Assembly (NCBI GenBank): GCA_963666205.1
Contig: OY762654.1
Span: forward strand, 1,888,001 to 1,952,000
DNA from: Synergistales bacterium
GTDB taxonomy: Bacteria; Synergistota; Synergistia; Synergistales; JAFGMB01
Direction: 5' to 3'
DNA length: 64,000 bases
Part shown: positions 1 to 9,495 of the stretch, piece after piece
Position numbering within the stretch: the stretch's first letter is position 1
Layout: every line of letters begins with the position of its first letter
The notes under the pieces: generated by a model
Database searches by the model: none
The model's input: the letters and a program-made list of their open reading frames with translations, nothing else
Told to the model about the DNA's origin: nothing
Position numbers and translations under genes: made by a program

Positions 1-249
1 CAGACTTTCTGGCGCTCAAGACTATATAACTTTTTCTTTGCTGGTTTTTATACTCTTGATGATCAATTGATTCAATACAGGGAAGAACATCAGAGGCTGA
101 GTTACCAGGAACACAGAGAGATAATTGATGCTATTGAAAATAGAGATGCGAAAGAAGCAGGCAAGCTAATGGAAGATCACATTAAAAAGACTTATTTCCA
201 CCTGCTAAACCCTCATTCACAAAGAGAAGATTCTCCTCAGACATTGTAG
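1..249 (+). CDS. GntR-family regulator, C-terminal FCD domain (5'-truncated by window edge)
   Basis: Frame is open from base 1; 'EHREIIDAIENRDAKEAGKLMEDHI' is the typical FCD C-terminus. Confidence 0.75.
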   Translation, partial: QTFWRSRLYNFFFAGFYTLDDQLIQYREEHQRLSYQEHREIIDAIENRDAKEAGKLMEDHIKKTYFHLLNPHSQREDSPQTL

Positions 250-600
250 AATGATTTATCGTTTTTCGCGCTAACCCGTCTCCAAAATCTATTGTGCATC
301 AAACAAAGCAGGAGAAGTGTAATAGGTCTATTTAATTTAAATCTATTTCTGAAGATTTTATTTTACCTTGCAGTATTACCATACTCGCATAGTGTTCTTG
401 TTGTTAAAAATGAGTCTAAAAGGGGTCAGGTCTTGGGATAACGGCGTTTAAGTAAAAATGGAAAAGTGAATATGTTTTTAAGGATTTCATTCGGGTGGTT
501 AATCTTTTAGTCTTTTCCATGTGAATACGGCAGAGTATAATAAGTTCAGACTGTTGTTGATGTATGAAAATAAAATTACCGATAGCGAAAGAGGTGCCCC

Positions 601-1353
601 ATGGAAGGAATGGAATATTTCTATGAACTATATGAGGCTTTACCGCGATGTGGTCCTGGAAATAATGAATCCACCAGGCAGGCTTACAGCTTTATTACGG
701 ATATACCGGAACATCCCCTTGTCCTGGATATAGGCTGCGGCCCGGGAGTTCAGACCCTTGAACTGGCCAGGCTCTCTGGAGGCAGGATAATAGCCCTTGA
801 TAATCATAAACCATTTCTTGACGAATTGATGAAGAGGGCAAGGACCGAAGGACTTGCCCATCAGATAACTACTATGAATATATCAATGCATGACATGGAT
901 TTTGAGGACAAAAGATTCGACATTATCTGGTCTGAAGGGGCACTTTATTTTATGGGATTTCAGAACGGTTTAAGGCGATGTCATCAATTGCTGAAAAATA
1001 ATGGATGTCTGGCTGTGACAGAACTGGTATTGCTTGATCCGGATCCACCCCTACCGTTAATGGAATATCTGAAAAATGAATATCCTGCAATTATGGATAT
1101 CAGGGGTAATATGGAATTGATCGGAAATGAAGAATATAACGTGATCTCCCACTTTACCCTTGATAAGCCTGCGTGGCTGGAGAGTTATTACATACCCATG
1201 GAGAGAGAACTGGCCCGCCTCTCAAAAAAATACGAGGATAACGAAATAGCCTCTGCTGCATTTGAGGGAATGAGAAAAGAAATAGACATGTATAAAAGAT
1301 ATGCTGATTTTTACGGTTACGAATTTTTTGTTATGCAGAAGATCGGATTTTAG
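601..1353 (+). CDS. Class I SAM-dependent methyltransferase
   Basis: VLDIGCGPG motif I, FDIIWSEGA; GAGGTG RBS upstream. Confidence 0.9.
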   Translation: MEGMEYFYELYEALPRCGPGNNESTRQAYSFITDIPEHPLVLDIGCGPGVQTLELARLSGGRIIALDNHKPFLDELMKRARTEGLAHQITTMNISMHDMDFEDKRFDIIWSEGALYFMGFQNGLRRCHQLLKNNGCLAVTELVLLDPDPPLPLMEYLKNEYPAIMDIRGNMELIGNEEYNVISHFTLDKPAWLESYYIPMERELARLSKKYEDNEIASAAFEGMRKEIDMYKRYADFYGYEFFVMQKIGF

Positions 1354-1413
1354 GAAAAGTGTTTCTCAAGGCATAAGAGCAGTAAAGGTTTGACCTTTTG
1401 AAAGGAGGTTTTC

Positions 1414-1974
1414 ATGAAAACCCTTCGATATTTAGGTTCCATAGCCTTTGTAGCTGGCCTGTTCATTTCCATCTTCCTTGGAATTCCATGGGCTGTCATC
1501 ACGGCAGATGATCCGCCCGTACCCTTCTGGTTGCGAGCAGCTGTTTTTGCCCTTTTAGGAGGTATACTGGTGGTTCTCGCCACTGTGGCCATAGAGCAAA
1601 AGCTGAAGAGAAAAACCATAAAAAGGGGATCCCCTATTACCAGAAGACCCCATGGATTGATCCTGCAGAATACATCAGAGATCCCCGGCCGACAGGTTTC
1701 TGAAGTTCTTGGGATGGTGGAGGGTCACACGGTCTATGCGATCTGGATAGGTAAAGATCTTTCAGCCCTTATTCGCCTGATCCTGGGAGGCGAGCTGACG
1801 GAGTACACCGATATGATGGGTAAGGCGCGGATCCTTGCTACGAACAGAATGGTCGCGAGGGCCGAAAAAATGGGTGCAGATGCTGTGATAAACGTCCGAT
1901 ACATGACCACCAGTGTTATCGGCAGTGCCGCTGAACTTCTTGTTTACGGTACGGCGGTAAAACTCAGCGAATAG
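1414..1974 (+). CDS. YbjQ/UPF0145 heavy-metal-binding domain protein with two N-terminal TM helices
   Basis: GGELTEYT...GADAVINVRY...ELLVYGTAVK; AGGAGG RBS. Confidence 0.85.
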   Translation: MKTLRYLGSIAFVAGLFISIFLGIPWAVITADDPPVPFWLRAAVFALLGGILVVLATVAIEQKLKRKTIKRGSPITRRPHGLILQNTSEIPGRQVSEVLGMVEGHTVYAIWIGKDLSALIRLILGGELTEYTDMMGKARILATNRMVARAEKMGADAVINVRYMTTSVIGSAAELLVYGTAVKLSE

Positions 1975-2151
1975 ATTTTCATATAGCGGGTTTGCTGCAA
2001 AAAGTGAAATCAAACCCTGGAAAAATAGCCTTTATCCAGAGGTCGTCATTCCTGGGTTTGATTCTTTTTGTACTTCAATTGTCCCTGTTCGATTTGATTT
2101 TATATAATCAATGAGGAGTTTTTGGACCAGAAGGATCGGAGGAATTGCTGG

Positions 2152-2661
2152 TTGATCGATATTACCCATACCGGAAAATATATTAATAAAGCTATTGGAC
2201 TTGGAGCACAAGAAAGCAGGGTTATCGATCCGGCCTCAGTTGTAACTGCGCCATGGGTGAGACTGAAATGCAAGTACGGCTGCCAGTGCTATAACACCAA
2301 CCGCTGCTGTCCTCCCCATACGCCAACTGAAGAGCAGATGAGAAAGATCCTGGATTCATACAGTTGTGCCCTGCTGATTCGCTTCAGGGGTCATGAAAAG
2401 GTCAATGAAGCAGTGGCAGCTCTTGAAAAGGAAATGCTTGGCGATGGTTATTATAAGGCCTTTGGATTCGGTGCAGGTCCATGTCTGCTTTGTGAAAAAT
2501 GCGATATGAAGGAATGCAGTTGCCCATCCCTGGCCCGGCCTTCTCTTTCCGGGTGCGGAGTGGATGTTTTTGCCACAGTGAAGTGCAATGGTCTCAACAT
2601 TCAGGTTAATACTGACGATCCTGGTGAAGGGGACTGTTACGGTCTTATCCTTATCGAGTGA
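2152..2661 (+). CDS. DUF2284-like Cys-rich metal-binding protein
   Basis: WVRLKCKYGC..CCPP, GAGPCLLCEKC, RPSLSGCGVDVFAT; TTG start chosen after GGAGG (ORF track starts at 2122). Confidence 0.8.
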   Translation: MIDITHTGKYINKAIGLGAQESRVIDPASVVTAPWVRLKCKYGCQCYNTNRCCPPHTPTEEQMRKILDSYSCALLIRFRGHEKVNEAVAALEKEMLGDGYYKAFGFGAGPCLLCEKCDMKECSCPSLARPSLSGCGVDVFATVKCNGLNIQVNTDDPGEGDCYGLILIE

Positions 2662-2687
2662 ATCCCGAACGGAAGAATTGAATTAAA

Positions 2688-2713
2688 AGAGCCCCGGAAT
2701 TTTCCGGGGCTCT
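2688..2713. terminator. Hairpin between convergent genes (probable bidirectional terminator)
   Basis: agagccccggaa/ttccggggctct inverted repeat. Confidence 0.7.
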
Positions 2714-2721
2714 GATTTCTT

Positions 2722-4122
2722 TTACCTGGCCAGTTCAATTATGGCTGCAGCAATTATCTTTGTGGTTTCCATCATATCCTCGATCTCCCAGCCTTCATCA
2801 GCTTCATGTATGTTATATGACTTACCGGGCATTTCAGGGCCGAAGGCCAGTATGTTGGGCATGGCCTTGGCGTAGGTTCCTCCGCCTATGGCCAGGGGTT
2901 TCTCATCTCTCCCTGTTTTTTCCCTGTAGACCTTCATCAGTTTCTGTACCAGTTCGCTGTCTTCAGACATGAAGAGAGGGTCGTCCTTCATTTTTACAGT
3001 TAAGGATATTCCCTCATTCTCAAAGGATGAGATCAGGGCAGGAAGGACATCTTCCTCTCTGAAAGTTACAGGATATCTTGGGTTTATTGAAAAGGATACC
3101 TTTCCGTCTGCTGCTTCCATGGTCCCCCAGCACAGGGAAGTATAGCGGGACACGTCATCATAGAGGCAGATCCCAAGACTTTCGCCGTGATATTCGGTTC
3201 CTATGAGGCGGTTAACCGATGAGAGAAATTTACCCTGTTCTCCTTTTATGCCAAGAGTGAGAAGGAGTTTTACCATCCAGGCTATTGAATTGACCCCCAC
3301 ATGTGGGGTACTCCCATGGCCAGATACCCCTTTCACGGATATAATTACTGTCCCATCTTCATTTTCTTTATAAAAGGCGGAGGTCCTCTCCGGTCCCTCC
3401 CAGTTGTCGATGGAGTAGCGGACCCTTTCCAGAAGTTCGGGTGCTACATTAAGCACGGCTTCGCAATGAGCAGGAACAACATTATCTGCTACGCCACCCT
3501 TCAATGAGAGAACCTGAATATCCCCTTCCGGAACAAAGGATGCTTCACCCCTGCAGATAAGTATTCCCTTTTCCCCGTTGATGAGAGGGTAGTCAGCATC
3601 AGGAGTAAAACCTGCTACAGGAAGTTCCTGGCCTGATTCCACATATTTCTTTACTGCCATGCTTCCCGTTTCTTCGTTGGTGCCGACCAGTATCCTGACC
3701 CTGTTGTTCAGGTTAATTCCAGCTTCCCTGATCGCTTTGAGCGCGAAGAGTGAGCATATTACCGGGCCCTTATCGTCAACTACACCGCGGCCGAACATTT
3801 TGCCGTCGTGGATCTCTGCGCTGTATGGAGGATAGGTCCATCCGTCTCCTTCAGGGACAACATCAAGGTGACCCAGGATACAGACCATGGGTGCTTCCTT
3901 TTGCCCGTATTCCGCCCAGCCAACCATGTTCTCGAAACAGTCAGTCTCAAAACCAAGACGTTTCGAGATATCCATGAAATTATCCAGGGCCTTCCTTGGT
4001 CCAGCACCGAAAGGAGCTCCTTCTTCCGGTTCTCCGCCTACACTTTTAATTGAAACATTTTCCTGTATTGCCGAGAGGAGCTCATCTTTCAGTCCGTCAA
4101 TAATATTGTCAAGCTGGTTCAT
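2722..4122 (-). CDS. pepV: Dipeptidase PepV (M20A, Xaa-His dipeptidase family)
   Basis: GHLDVVP, GRGVVDDKG, GTNEETG, PDADYP, GGGTYA, HEADE motifs. Confidence 0.88.
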   Translation of the reverse strand: MNQLDNIIDGLKDELLSAIQENVSIKSVGGEPEEGAPFGAGPRKALDNFMDISKRLGFETDCFENMVGWAEYGQKEAPMVCILGHLDVVPEGDGWTYPPYSAEIHDGKMFGRGVVDDKGPVICSLFALKAIREAGINLNNRVRILVGTNEETGSMAVKKYVESGQELPVAGFTPDADYPLINGEKGILICRGEASFVPEGDIQVLSLKGGVADNVVPAHCEAVLNVAPELLERVRYSIDNWEGPERTSAFYKENEDGTVIISVKGVSGHGSTPHVGVNSIAWMVKLLLTLGIKGEQGKFLSSVNRLIGTEYHGESLGICLYDDVSRYTSLCWGTMEAADGKVSFSINPRYPVTFREEDVLPALISSFENEGISLTVKMKDDPLFMSEDSELVQKLMKVYREKTGRDEKPLAIGGGTYAKAMPNILAFGPEMPGKSYNIHEADEGWEIEDMMETTKIIAAAIIELAR

Positions 4123-4206
4123 TCTTTTGTACCCCCTGCGAAATCTGTTTAGAAAACATTCAAATTTAATTGTATCACTCGTAGGGAGAGTAATGCTTAT
4201 AAAGCC

Positions 4207-4848
4207 TTAAATCTGTTTTCTTTCGATACCATCGAACCAGAAATAGCCCTCGTCGGGCCTGTAAAGTCCGTTCATTCCGAAGGGAAAGTCGCTGGCAAAA
4301 ACTATTCCGTCATCTTTTTCCCACTTGAGCATGTCCCTGTTCCCTTTCTTTATGAAAGGCTTCCCATCATAAAAGCCGAAGAAATTTGATTCAAAGGCTT
4401 GGAGGGTTTCAAAGAGAGGCATGTCCATCTGGGATATCATCCTCAGAATGAATTCACTGTCAGTAATGTTCTTGAGGTGTGCAAGAGGAGATACGGATCT
4501 CTCGTTGCCATTGGCAGCAGCGATGATCTCCCTTTTATCCTGGATATGATAGGGATGACAGTTGGCATCCGATATGGAACCACCACTTGCCTCCCTGGTA
4601 TGGAAGAGAAACCAGTCATATCCTTCGGACTCCATAGCTTGTTCTATTTCAGACACATGAAGATCTACACCCTTTTTAAATTCCTTGAGTTTCCCATCCT
4701 TGAAAGTGGCATAGCCATTTCCATGTCCGCCATCACGCAATTCGAGATCGGCAAGGTATTTCCCAAGGGTGGGACAACCCGGAATGGACTTGAGAGTTTC
4801 CTTGAGTTTCATTACGCCTTCATAGTTAGCCATCAGTAATCTGCACAT
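4207..4848 (-). CDS. Class II glutamine amidotransferase / Ntn-hydrolase (YafJ/EgtC/Dug3-like)
   Basis: Start MCRLL (N-terminal Cys nucleophile) after GGAAGGTG; FHTREAS, NCHPY, ANG, TDSE motifs. Confidence 0.8.
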   Translation of the reverse strand: MCRLLMANYEGVMKLKETLKSIPGCPTLGKYLADLELRDGGHGNGYATFKDGKLKEFKKGVDLHVSEIEQAMESEGYDWFLFHTREASGGSISDANCHPYHIQDKREIIAAANGNERSVSPLAHLKNITDSEFILRMISQMDMPLFETLQAFESNFFGFYDGKPFIKKGNRDMLKWEKDDGIVFASDFPFGMNGLYRPDEGYFWFDGIERKQI

Positions 4849-5039
4849 TTGATTCACCTTCCTGATTTGTAGGGTTTGTTGTATATGCATACATATGATA
4901 AAGAATGCATCGGCTTTAAAGACTAAAGAGATAATATCATGTATTACTGCCTCCTATATCCTTTTTTCGACATGCTTTTATCCTGTCGGTTCATATGAGG
5001 CAGTGCAGTGAGAACTGTTCCCAGGTATTCTTTTCTTTA

Positions 5040-5093
5040 CTTAACACTCCTTAACATTCCTTAACCCTCCTCTTACACAAACTGGTATATAGT
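5040..5093 (+). promoter_or_regulatory. Tandem CTTAAC direct repeats at 10-bp spacing with a -10 box
   Basis: cttaacactc cttaacattc cttaaccctc, then TATAGT at 5088-5093. Confidence 0.55.
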
Positions 5094-5139
5094 ACCTGCG
5101 AAGAGTTCTGAACATTCGGTATAAAGAGGAGGAACAGAA

Positions 5140-5811
5140 ATGAAAAAAACGGAGAATGCGGCTTTTCGCTCAATGGTATTTTCAGCTATTGTTTTGTCCA
5201 TGTTGGTTCTTCTGTCCGCTCCCCAGGCGGGGTATGCGTCCCCTTCCAGAAATTCCTGGTACAGCGGTGAATCTTACCGGATCTCAAGAACAATAGCGCG
5301 GGATCTGAACCTGAGACCTGCACAGCAGAAGAAGGTAATTTACATTGTTGAAAAGGAAAGAAGATCCACTGAAAAAAGTAGAGATCAGCTGGAGAGAGTG
5401 CTTAAAGTAATTGAGAGTAATAATTTCAGGATCCCCGACAGAATGAAGGATCGGATCGAGAAATTAACGTCGAACCTGATATATTCAAATTACAGAATAA
5501 GAAACAATATTTACAGCATTCTTGGGAGACAGCAGAAGAAAATCTTTTCGGTAAAAATGAGAAACTCCTTTGATACTGAAAAGTATTCCCGATCTTCCAG
5601 GGAAATGAAAAAGTATATGAGCCGGAACAGAGATCGTATAGAAAGGTTCCGTAATTCCGATAAAGCGGTCAAGGCAATGATAGTAAAAGATAATTTTTCT
5701 TTGGAAAGAACGAAGAATCGTTGTGATATCCAGGCCAGGATCCTGATTCATATGATGCTAAAAACCAGGAATACCCGCTTCTTTGAACATTATGTGGATA
5801 ATATCTGGTAA
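5140..5811 (+). CDS. Secreted basic protein, Spy/CpxP (LTXXQ)-like
   Basis: Signal peptide; LNLRPAQQKKV and IYSILGRQQKKIF resemble the two LTxxQ motifs; GAGGAGG RBS. Confidence 0.55.
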   Translation: MKKTENAAFRSMVFSAIVLSMLVLLSAPQAGYASPSRNSWYSGESYRISRTIARDLNLRPAQQKKVIYIVEKERRSTEKSRDQLERVLKVIESNNFRIPDRMKDRIEKLTSNLIYSNYRIRNNIYSILGRQQKKIFSVKMRNSFDTEKYSRSSREMKKYMSRNRDRIERFRNSDKAVKAMIVKDNFSLERTKNRCDIQARILIHMMLKTRNTRFFEHYVDNIW

Positions 5812-5821
5812 ATGAATCTAA

Positions 5822-5862
5822 ACAACAAAAAAGGGGAGGGTTACCCTCTCCTTTTTTGTTGT
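5822..5862 (+). terminator. Intrinsic terminator
   Basis: ggggaggg/ccctctcc stem with A- and U-tracts. Confidence 0.8.
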
Positions 5863-6112
5863 AATTTTTTTAAAGATAGCACTCAAGAGACGGTCTGAAG
5901 ATCATTATAATGGTGTTAGCAGCCTTTTTGTCTCAATGGAAATGATGAAATAGTATGATCCGATCCTGGCCTGCCAGATCAATGCATAAGAGGTCTGATC
6001 TTTCTTTCGTTCAAAGTCCCCCTTTAAAATATATATGATATTGGATATCATTAACCTTTACGAAGTTTCAGATTGACCATTCAGCGCATTCAGACCAAGG
6101 AGGAAATTTACA

Positions 6113-6490
6113 ATGGCAAATTTACCTGAATCAGTAAGCAGAGCATGGGAAGATCGAGATGGAGCGGTGGTCCTTACAACAGTAGATGAAACTGGAAATC
6201 CCAACAGCATCTATGCCACCTGTGTGGGCAAGTTCAGTGAAGATGCTCTGGTGGTGGCAGATAACTATTTTGACAAGACCCGGAAGAACATTTTCGCTGG
6301 AAGCAGGGGATCCATCCTTTTCATAACGAAAGAGGGTAAATCTTTCCAGGTAAAAGGTTCAATAGAGTATATAACCGAAGGTGAAGTATTCGATTTCATG
6401 AAAAGCTGGAATCCCGAAAAACACCCAGGCCATGCCGCAACAGTTTTGAAGGTGGAAGAAGCCTACTCGGGGGCAAAAAAGCTTCTGTAA
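6113..6490 (+). CDS. Pyridoxamine 5'-phosphate oxidase-like FMN-binding protein
   Basis: VVLTTVDETGNPN, ADNYFDKTRKNI, SFQVKG; AGGAGG RBS. Confidence 0.85.
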   Translation: MANLPESVSRAWEDRDGAVVLTTVDETGNPNSIYATCVGKFSEDALVVADNYFDKTRKNIFAGSRGSILFITKEGKSFQVKGSIEYITEGEVFDFMKSWNPEKHPGHAATVLKVEEAYSGAKKLL

Positions 6491-6572
6491 TCCCCTCAGG
6501 CCAAAGTATTTTTCATTGGTTCCACCAGTCCAGTTATAAACAGATAAATGATATTCTGAATATTTTTCGAAC

Positions 6573-6607
6573 GAGCAGGGCCTTCGAACAGGTTCTGCTC
6601 TTTTTCT
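6573..6607 (+). terminator. Intrinsic terminator
   Basis: gagcagggcc/ggttctgctc stem followed by a U-tract. Confidence 0.7.
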
Positions 6608-6824
6608 GTGCCTTTTTTTCTGTAAATTCATTTGAAAAATTTGTATGTCATTTTCGACAAACAATGCCGGGTAGGGTAATATTTGTTGATATAAATTATC
6701 ATTAGCAAAAGATTCAGAAATTTACTTGAACAGTTTCGGACACAGGAAAGGAGGCAGTCCCTTTTGTCCAGGGCAGGTGTTTATTCTTCGTTATTCAATA
6801 CGACCCGAGGAGGAGTTTGAGATC

Positions 6825-8138
6825 ATGAGTAAAAAAGAATTATTGCCAGTATCTGTACTTATTTTAATAAGTGGTGCCATGTTTTCTTCACATTTTGGAG
6901 TGGGAGATCTTATTTTCCCTCCCATCCTTGGAAGGGATACAGGAACAAGCTGGTTCACTGCATCCATGGGATATGCCATCATCAACAGTATAGGAGTATG
7001 GCTGGCCTATCTTGCCTGTGCTCATCAGAACCAGTCCCTGAGCGGTATCGCTACGAAAACCCTGGGAAATGTTTTCGGAAAAATATATACTGCTATACCA
7101 GTTCTTATAACAGTATTCTTCATCCTTCCCCGTGTTGCCTCTGCAACCCATGAGATGGCAGTACTTCCCTTGTTTCCGGGAGTTCCCCTCTGGCTTTCTC
7201 TTGCTGTATTTTTCCTTCTTAGTTTTTATATTGCCTTTACCAGGGCTACAGTAATTGATAAGCTGGGCAAATTACTTGCTCCGGCTCTTATCATCTTTGT
7301 CGTTATCCTTGTCCTGAAGGGTGTCTCGTCACCCCTTTCAGTTCCCAAAAGTCCCGGTTCCGCTACAGCATTGAAAGAAGGGATGCTCAATGCTTACAAC
7401 ACCATGAACGCTATCGCTGCTCTTCTTTTCGGAGGCTGGGTTCTGCACGAACTGAAGATGAGAAATATAACTACAAGAGAGGGACAGGACAGGAACCTTA
7501 ACGTTATAGGTATAGGTACGGCTCTCCTTCTTGGAATAACATCAACTGTACTTGTTTACCTGGGAGCCACTTCCGGATCTTCCTTCCCCGATGCTTCCAT
7601 AGGAGTCCTGTCAACCGAAATTGCGAAGGGGCTGCTTGGCCAGGTAGGTCTTGTCAGTTTCGCAATCATAATGGCTCTCAGCTGTCTGAGTACTTCAGCT
7701 GCTATCACTTCCATGTCAGGGGATATGTTCCAGGAAATGACGGGAGAAAAACTCCAGTACAGAATGATCGTCATCGCAAGTACCCTTATAGGATTTACCC
7801 TTGGCCTTGTCGGTTTGAGCAAGATAGTCAAATATACGGTTCCGTGGCTCGTACTCCTTTATCCTTCGGTGATAGTCCTTATCCTTACAGGACTTTACTA
7901 CAAGTTCGACAGGATCAGAAAGGCAGTTACAGTGGGTATGGTCGTCGCCCTGATCTTCGGTCTTGGAGACATGCTCTGTTTCTATGGTATTACAGGCAAT
8001 ATGATAACGAAGTTTGCATCATCCCTTCCCTTTGGTGACAAGGGAATAGGCTGGGTCCTTCCGACTATTATCTTAATGGCTGCGGCACAGATGATACTCC
8101 GTCCAAAGGCAGAAGAGATAAAGCCTGAGAGTGAGTAA
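6825..8138 (+). CDS. brnQ: BrnQ/LIVCS-family amino-acid:cation symporter
   Basis: FSSHFGVGDLIFPP, PRVA, IDKLGKLLAP; about 12 TM segments; start after GAGGAG. Confidence 0.8.
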   Translation: MSKKELLPVSVLILISGAMFSSHFGVGDLIFPPILGRDTGTSWFTASMGYAIINSIGVWLAYLACAHQNQSLSGIATKTLGNVFGKIYTAIPVLITVFFILPRVASATHEMAVLPLFPGVPLWLSLAVFFLLSFYIAFTRATVIDKLGKLLAPALIIFVVILVLKGVSSPLSVPKSPGSATALKEGMLNAYNTMNAIAALLFGGWVLHELKMRNITTREGQDRNLNVIGIGTALLLGITSTVLVYLGATSGSSFPDASIGVLSTEIAKGLLGQVGLVSFAIIMALSCLSTSAAITSMSGDMFQEMTGEKLQYRMIVIASTLIGFTLGLVGLSKIVKYTVPWLVLLYPSVIVLILTGLYYKFDRIRKAVTVGMVVALIFGLGDMLCFYGITGNMITKFASSLPFGDKGIGWVLPTIILMAAAQMILRPKAEEIKPESE

Positions 8139-9274
8139 TGATGAAAGAAAAAGTCGGATCCTTTATTAATTCCAATATTCAAAAGGGTTTCTATGCCGGC
8201 GGGCAGGTTCTTGTAGCCCACCGGGGAGAAGTCCTTGCTGATCTTTCCTGCGGTTACATGGTCAAGGGATCAGACAGCACTGTGGAAAGGGTCACTTCGG
8301 ATACTCTTTTCAATATCGAATCAATTACAAAGGTAATGGTCACCCTTCCCCTGGCCTTTAAACTTATCCAGGACGGCAGGCTCTGCCTTGAGAACAGGGT
8401 TGTCGATTTTATTCCTGAATTCGGTCTGGATGAGGAAAAGAAAGGGGTCACCATAAGGGATATGCTCAACTTCACCGCCGGGATTCCCCTTGAAGATCCC
8501 CATGGCTGTGAAAAAGCCGCTTTTGAGGATGATCAGGAACTTGCCTGGAATATGCATTATTCACAGGAATTGGCGACAAGTCCAGGGAACAGGGTCTTTT
8601 ACAGTGATGTTTCCTGCAGGATATTCGGAAAACTTCTCGAGAGGGTAATGGGAAAAGATCTTGCTTCTGTGGCGAGAGAATGGATATTTGAGCCCCTCGG
8701 AATGAAGGATACCATGTTCAATCCTCCTGCAAAGAACAGATGTGCCGCCACCGGCGTTTCCGAAAGGGGACGCCGGTTGAGGGGAGAACTTACCCAGGAT
8801 CTGGAACATTACATGGGAGAAGTGCTCGGATCTGATGGACTATTTACCAGTGCCCGGGATATGTACGTTTTTTCTGAAATGCTGCTTAATGGAGGAGTTT
8901 ATAACGGCAGAAGGATCCTGGGTGAAATAACTGTGGATAAAATGATCGGAGAAGTCTCAAATGCTGATCTCTTCGAGGTTCCCTCTTCTTATCTTCATTA
9001 TATTCTGAGTGGACCCAAGGTCTGGTTCTGGGAATATGCGTGTTCTCCCTATTCTTTCTTCGGAGATCTTGTATCTGAAAGGGCCATCGGGAAAATGGGT
9101 GGAGCAGGTACTTTCCTGCTTATTGACCCGGAATACGACCTGGTGATAGTCTACCTGACCAATTACGGTCAGCCTGAGCATACCCTTGCTGGTGATGATG
9201 CCTGGAACAAGTTCCAGAAGGAGATAAACATGATGGGCCTCTGTAATCTGGTTATAGGAAACCTTCCAGGCTGA
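8138..9274 (+). CDS. Serine hydrolase (beta-lactamase/S12 family), cytoplasmic
   Basis: SITK (SxxK), YSD, KMG motifs; start overlaps the brnQ stop. Confidence 0.85.
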   Translation: MMKEKVGSFINSNIQKGFYAGGQVLVAHRGEVLADLSCGYMVKGSDSTVERVTSDTLFNIESITKVMVTLPLAFKLIQDGRLCLENRVVDFIPEFGLDEEKKGVTIRDMLNFTAGIPLEDPHGCEKAAFEDDQELAWNMHYSQELATSPGNRVFYSDVSCRIFGKLLERVMGKDLASVAREWIFEPLGMKDTMFNPPAKNRCAATGVSERGRRLRGELTQDLEHYMGEVLGSDGLFTSARDMYVFSEMLLNGGVYNGRRILGEITVDKMIGEVSNADLFEVPSSYLHYILSGPKVWFWEYACSPYSFFGDLVSERAIGKMGGAGTFLLIDPEYDLVIVYLTNYGQPEHTLAGDDAWNKFQKEINMMGLCNLVIGNLPG

Positions 9275-9303
9275 TATACAGAACCATAATTCAGCAGATA
9301 AGG

Positions 9304-9346
9304 ATGGTAAGAGGGGCGGATCTTATGGATCCGCCCCTCTTACCAT
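9304..9346. terminator. 19-bp-stem hairpin after the serine hydrolase
   Basis: atggtaagaggggcggatc/gatccgcccctcttaccat; no U-tract. Confidence 0.55.
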
Positions 9347-9495
9347 AGAGCATAGGGTTATGTTCTGAATTGACAGTTTACCCAGGTTAGTGTATCTCAA
9401 AAGCATCAAGGCTATCTTTGTAATATACTGAAGTGGAGTTGAAAATTGAAGAACCTGTAATTTTATCTCAGGTTCTTCCGGGGGGAGAAATCGAG

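Noticed and set aside
419..437. AAGGGGTCAGGTCTTG resembling ends of small mobile or REP-like elements
   Set aside because: Single copy, with no partner repeat or transposase in the window
6660..6824. T-box or amino-acid riboswitch before brnQ
   Set aside because: Hairpins exist, but there is no GGTGGNACCGCG T-box, specifier stem or terminator
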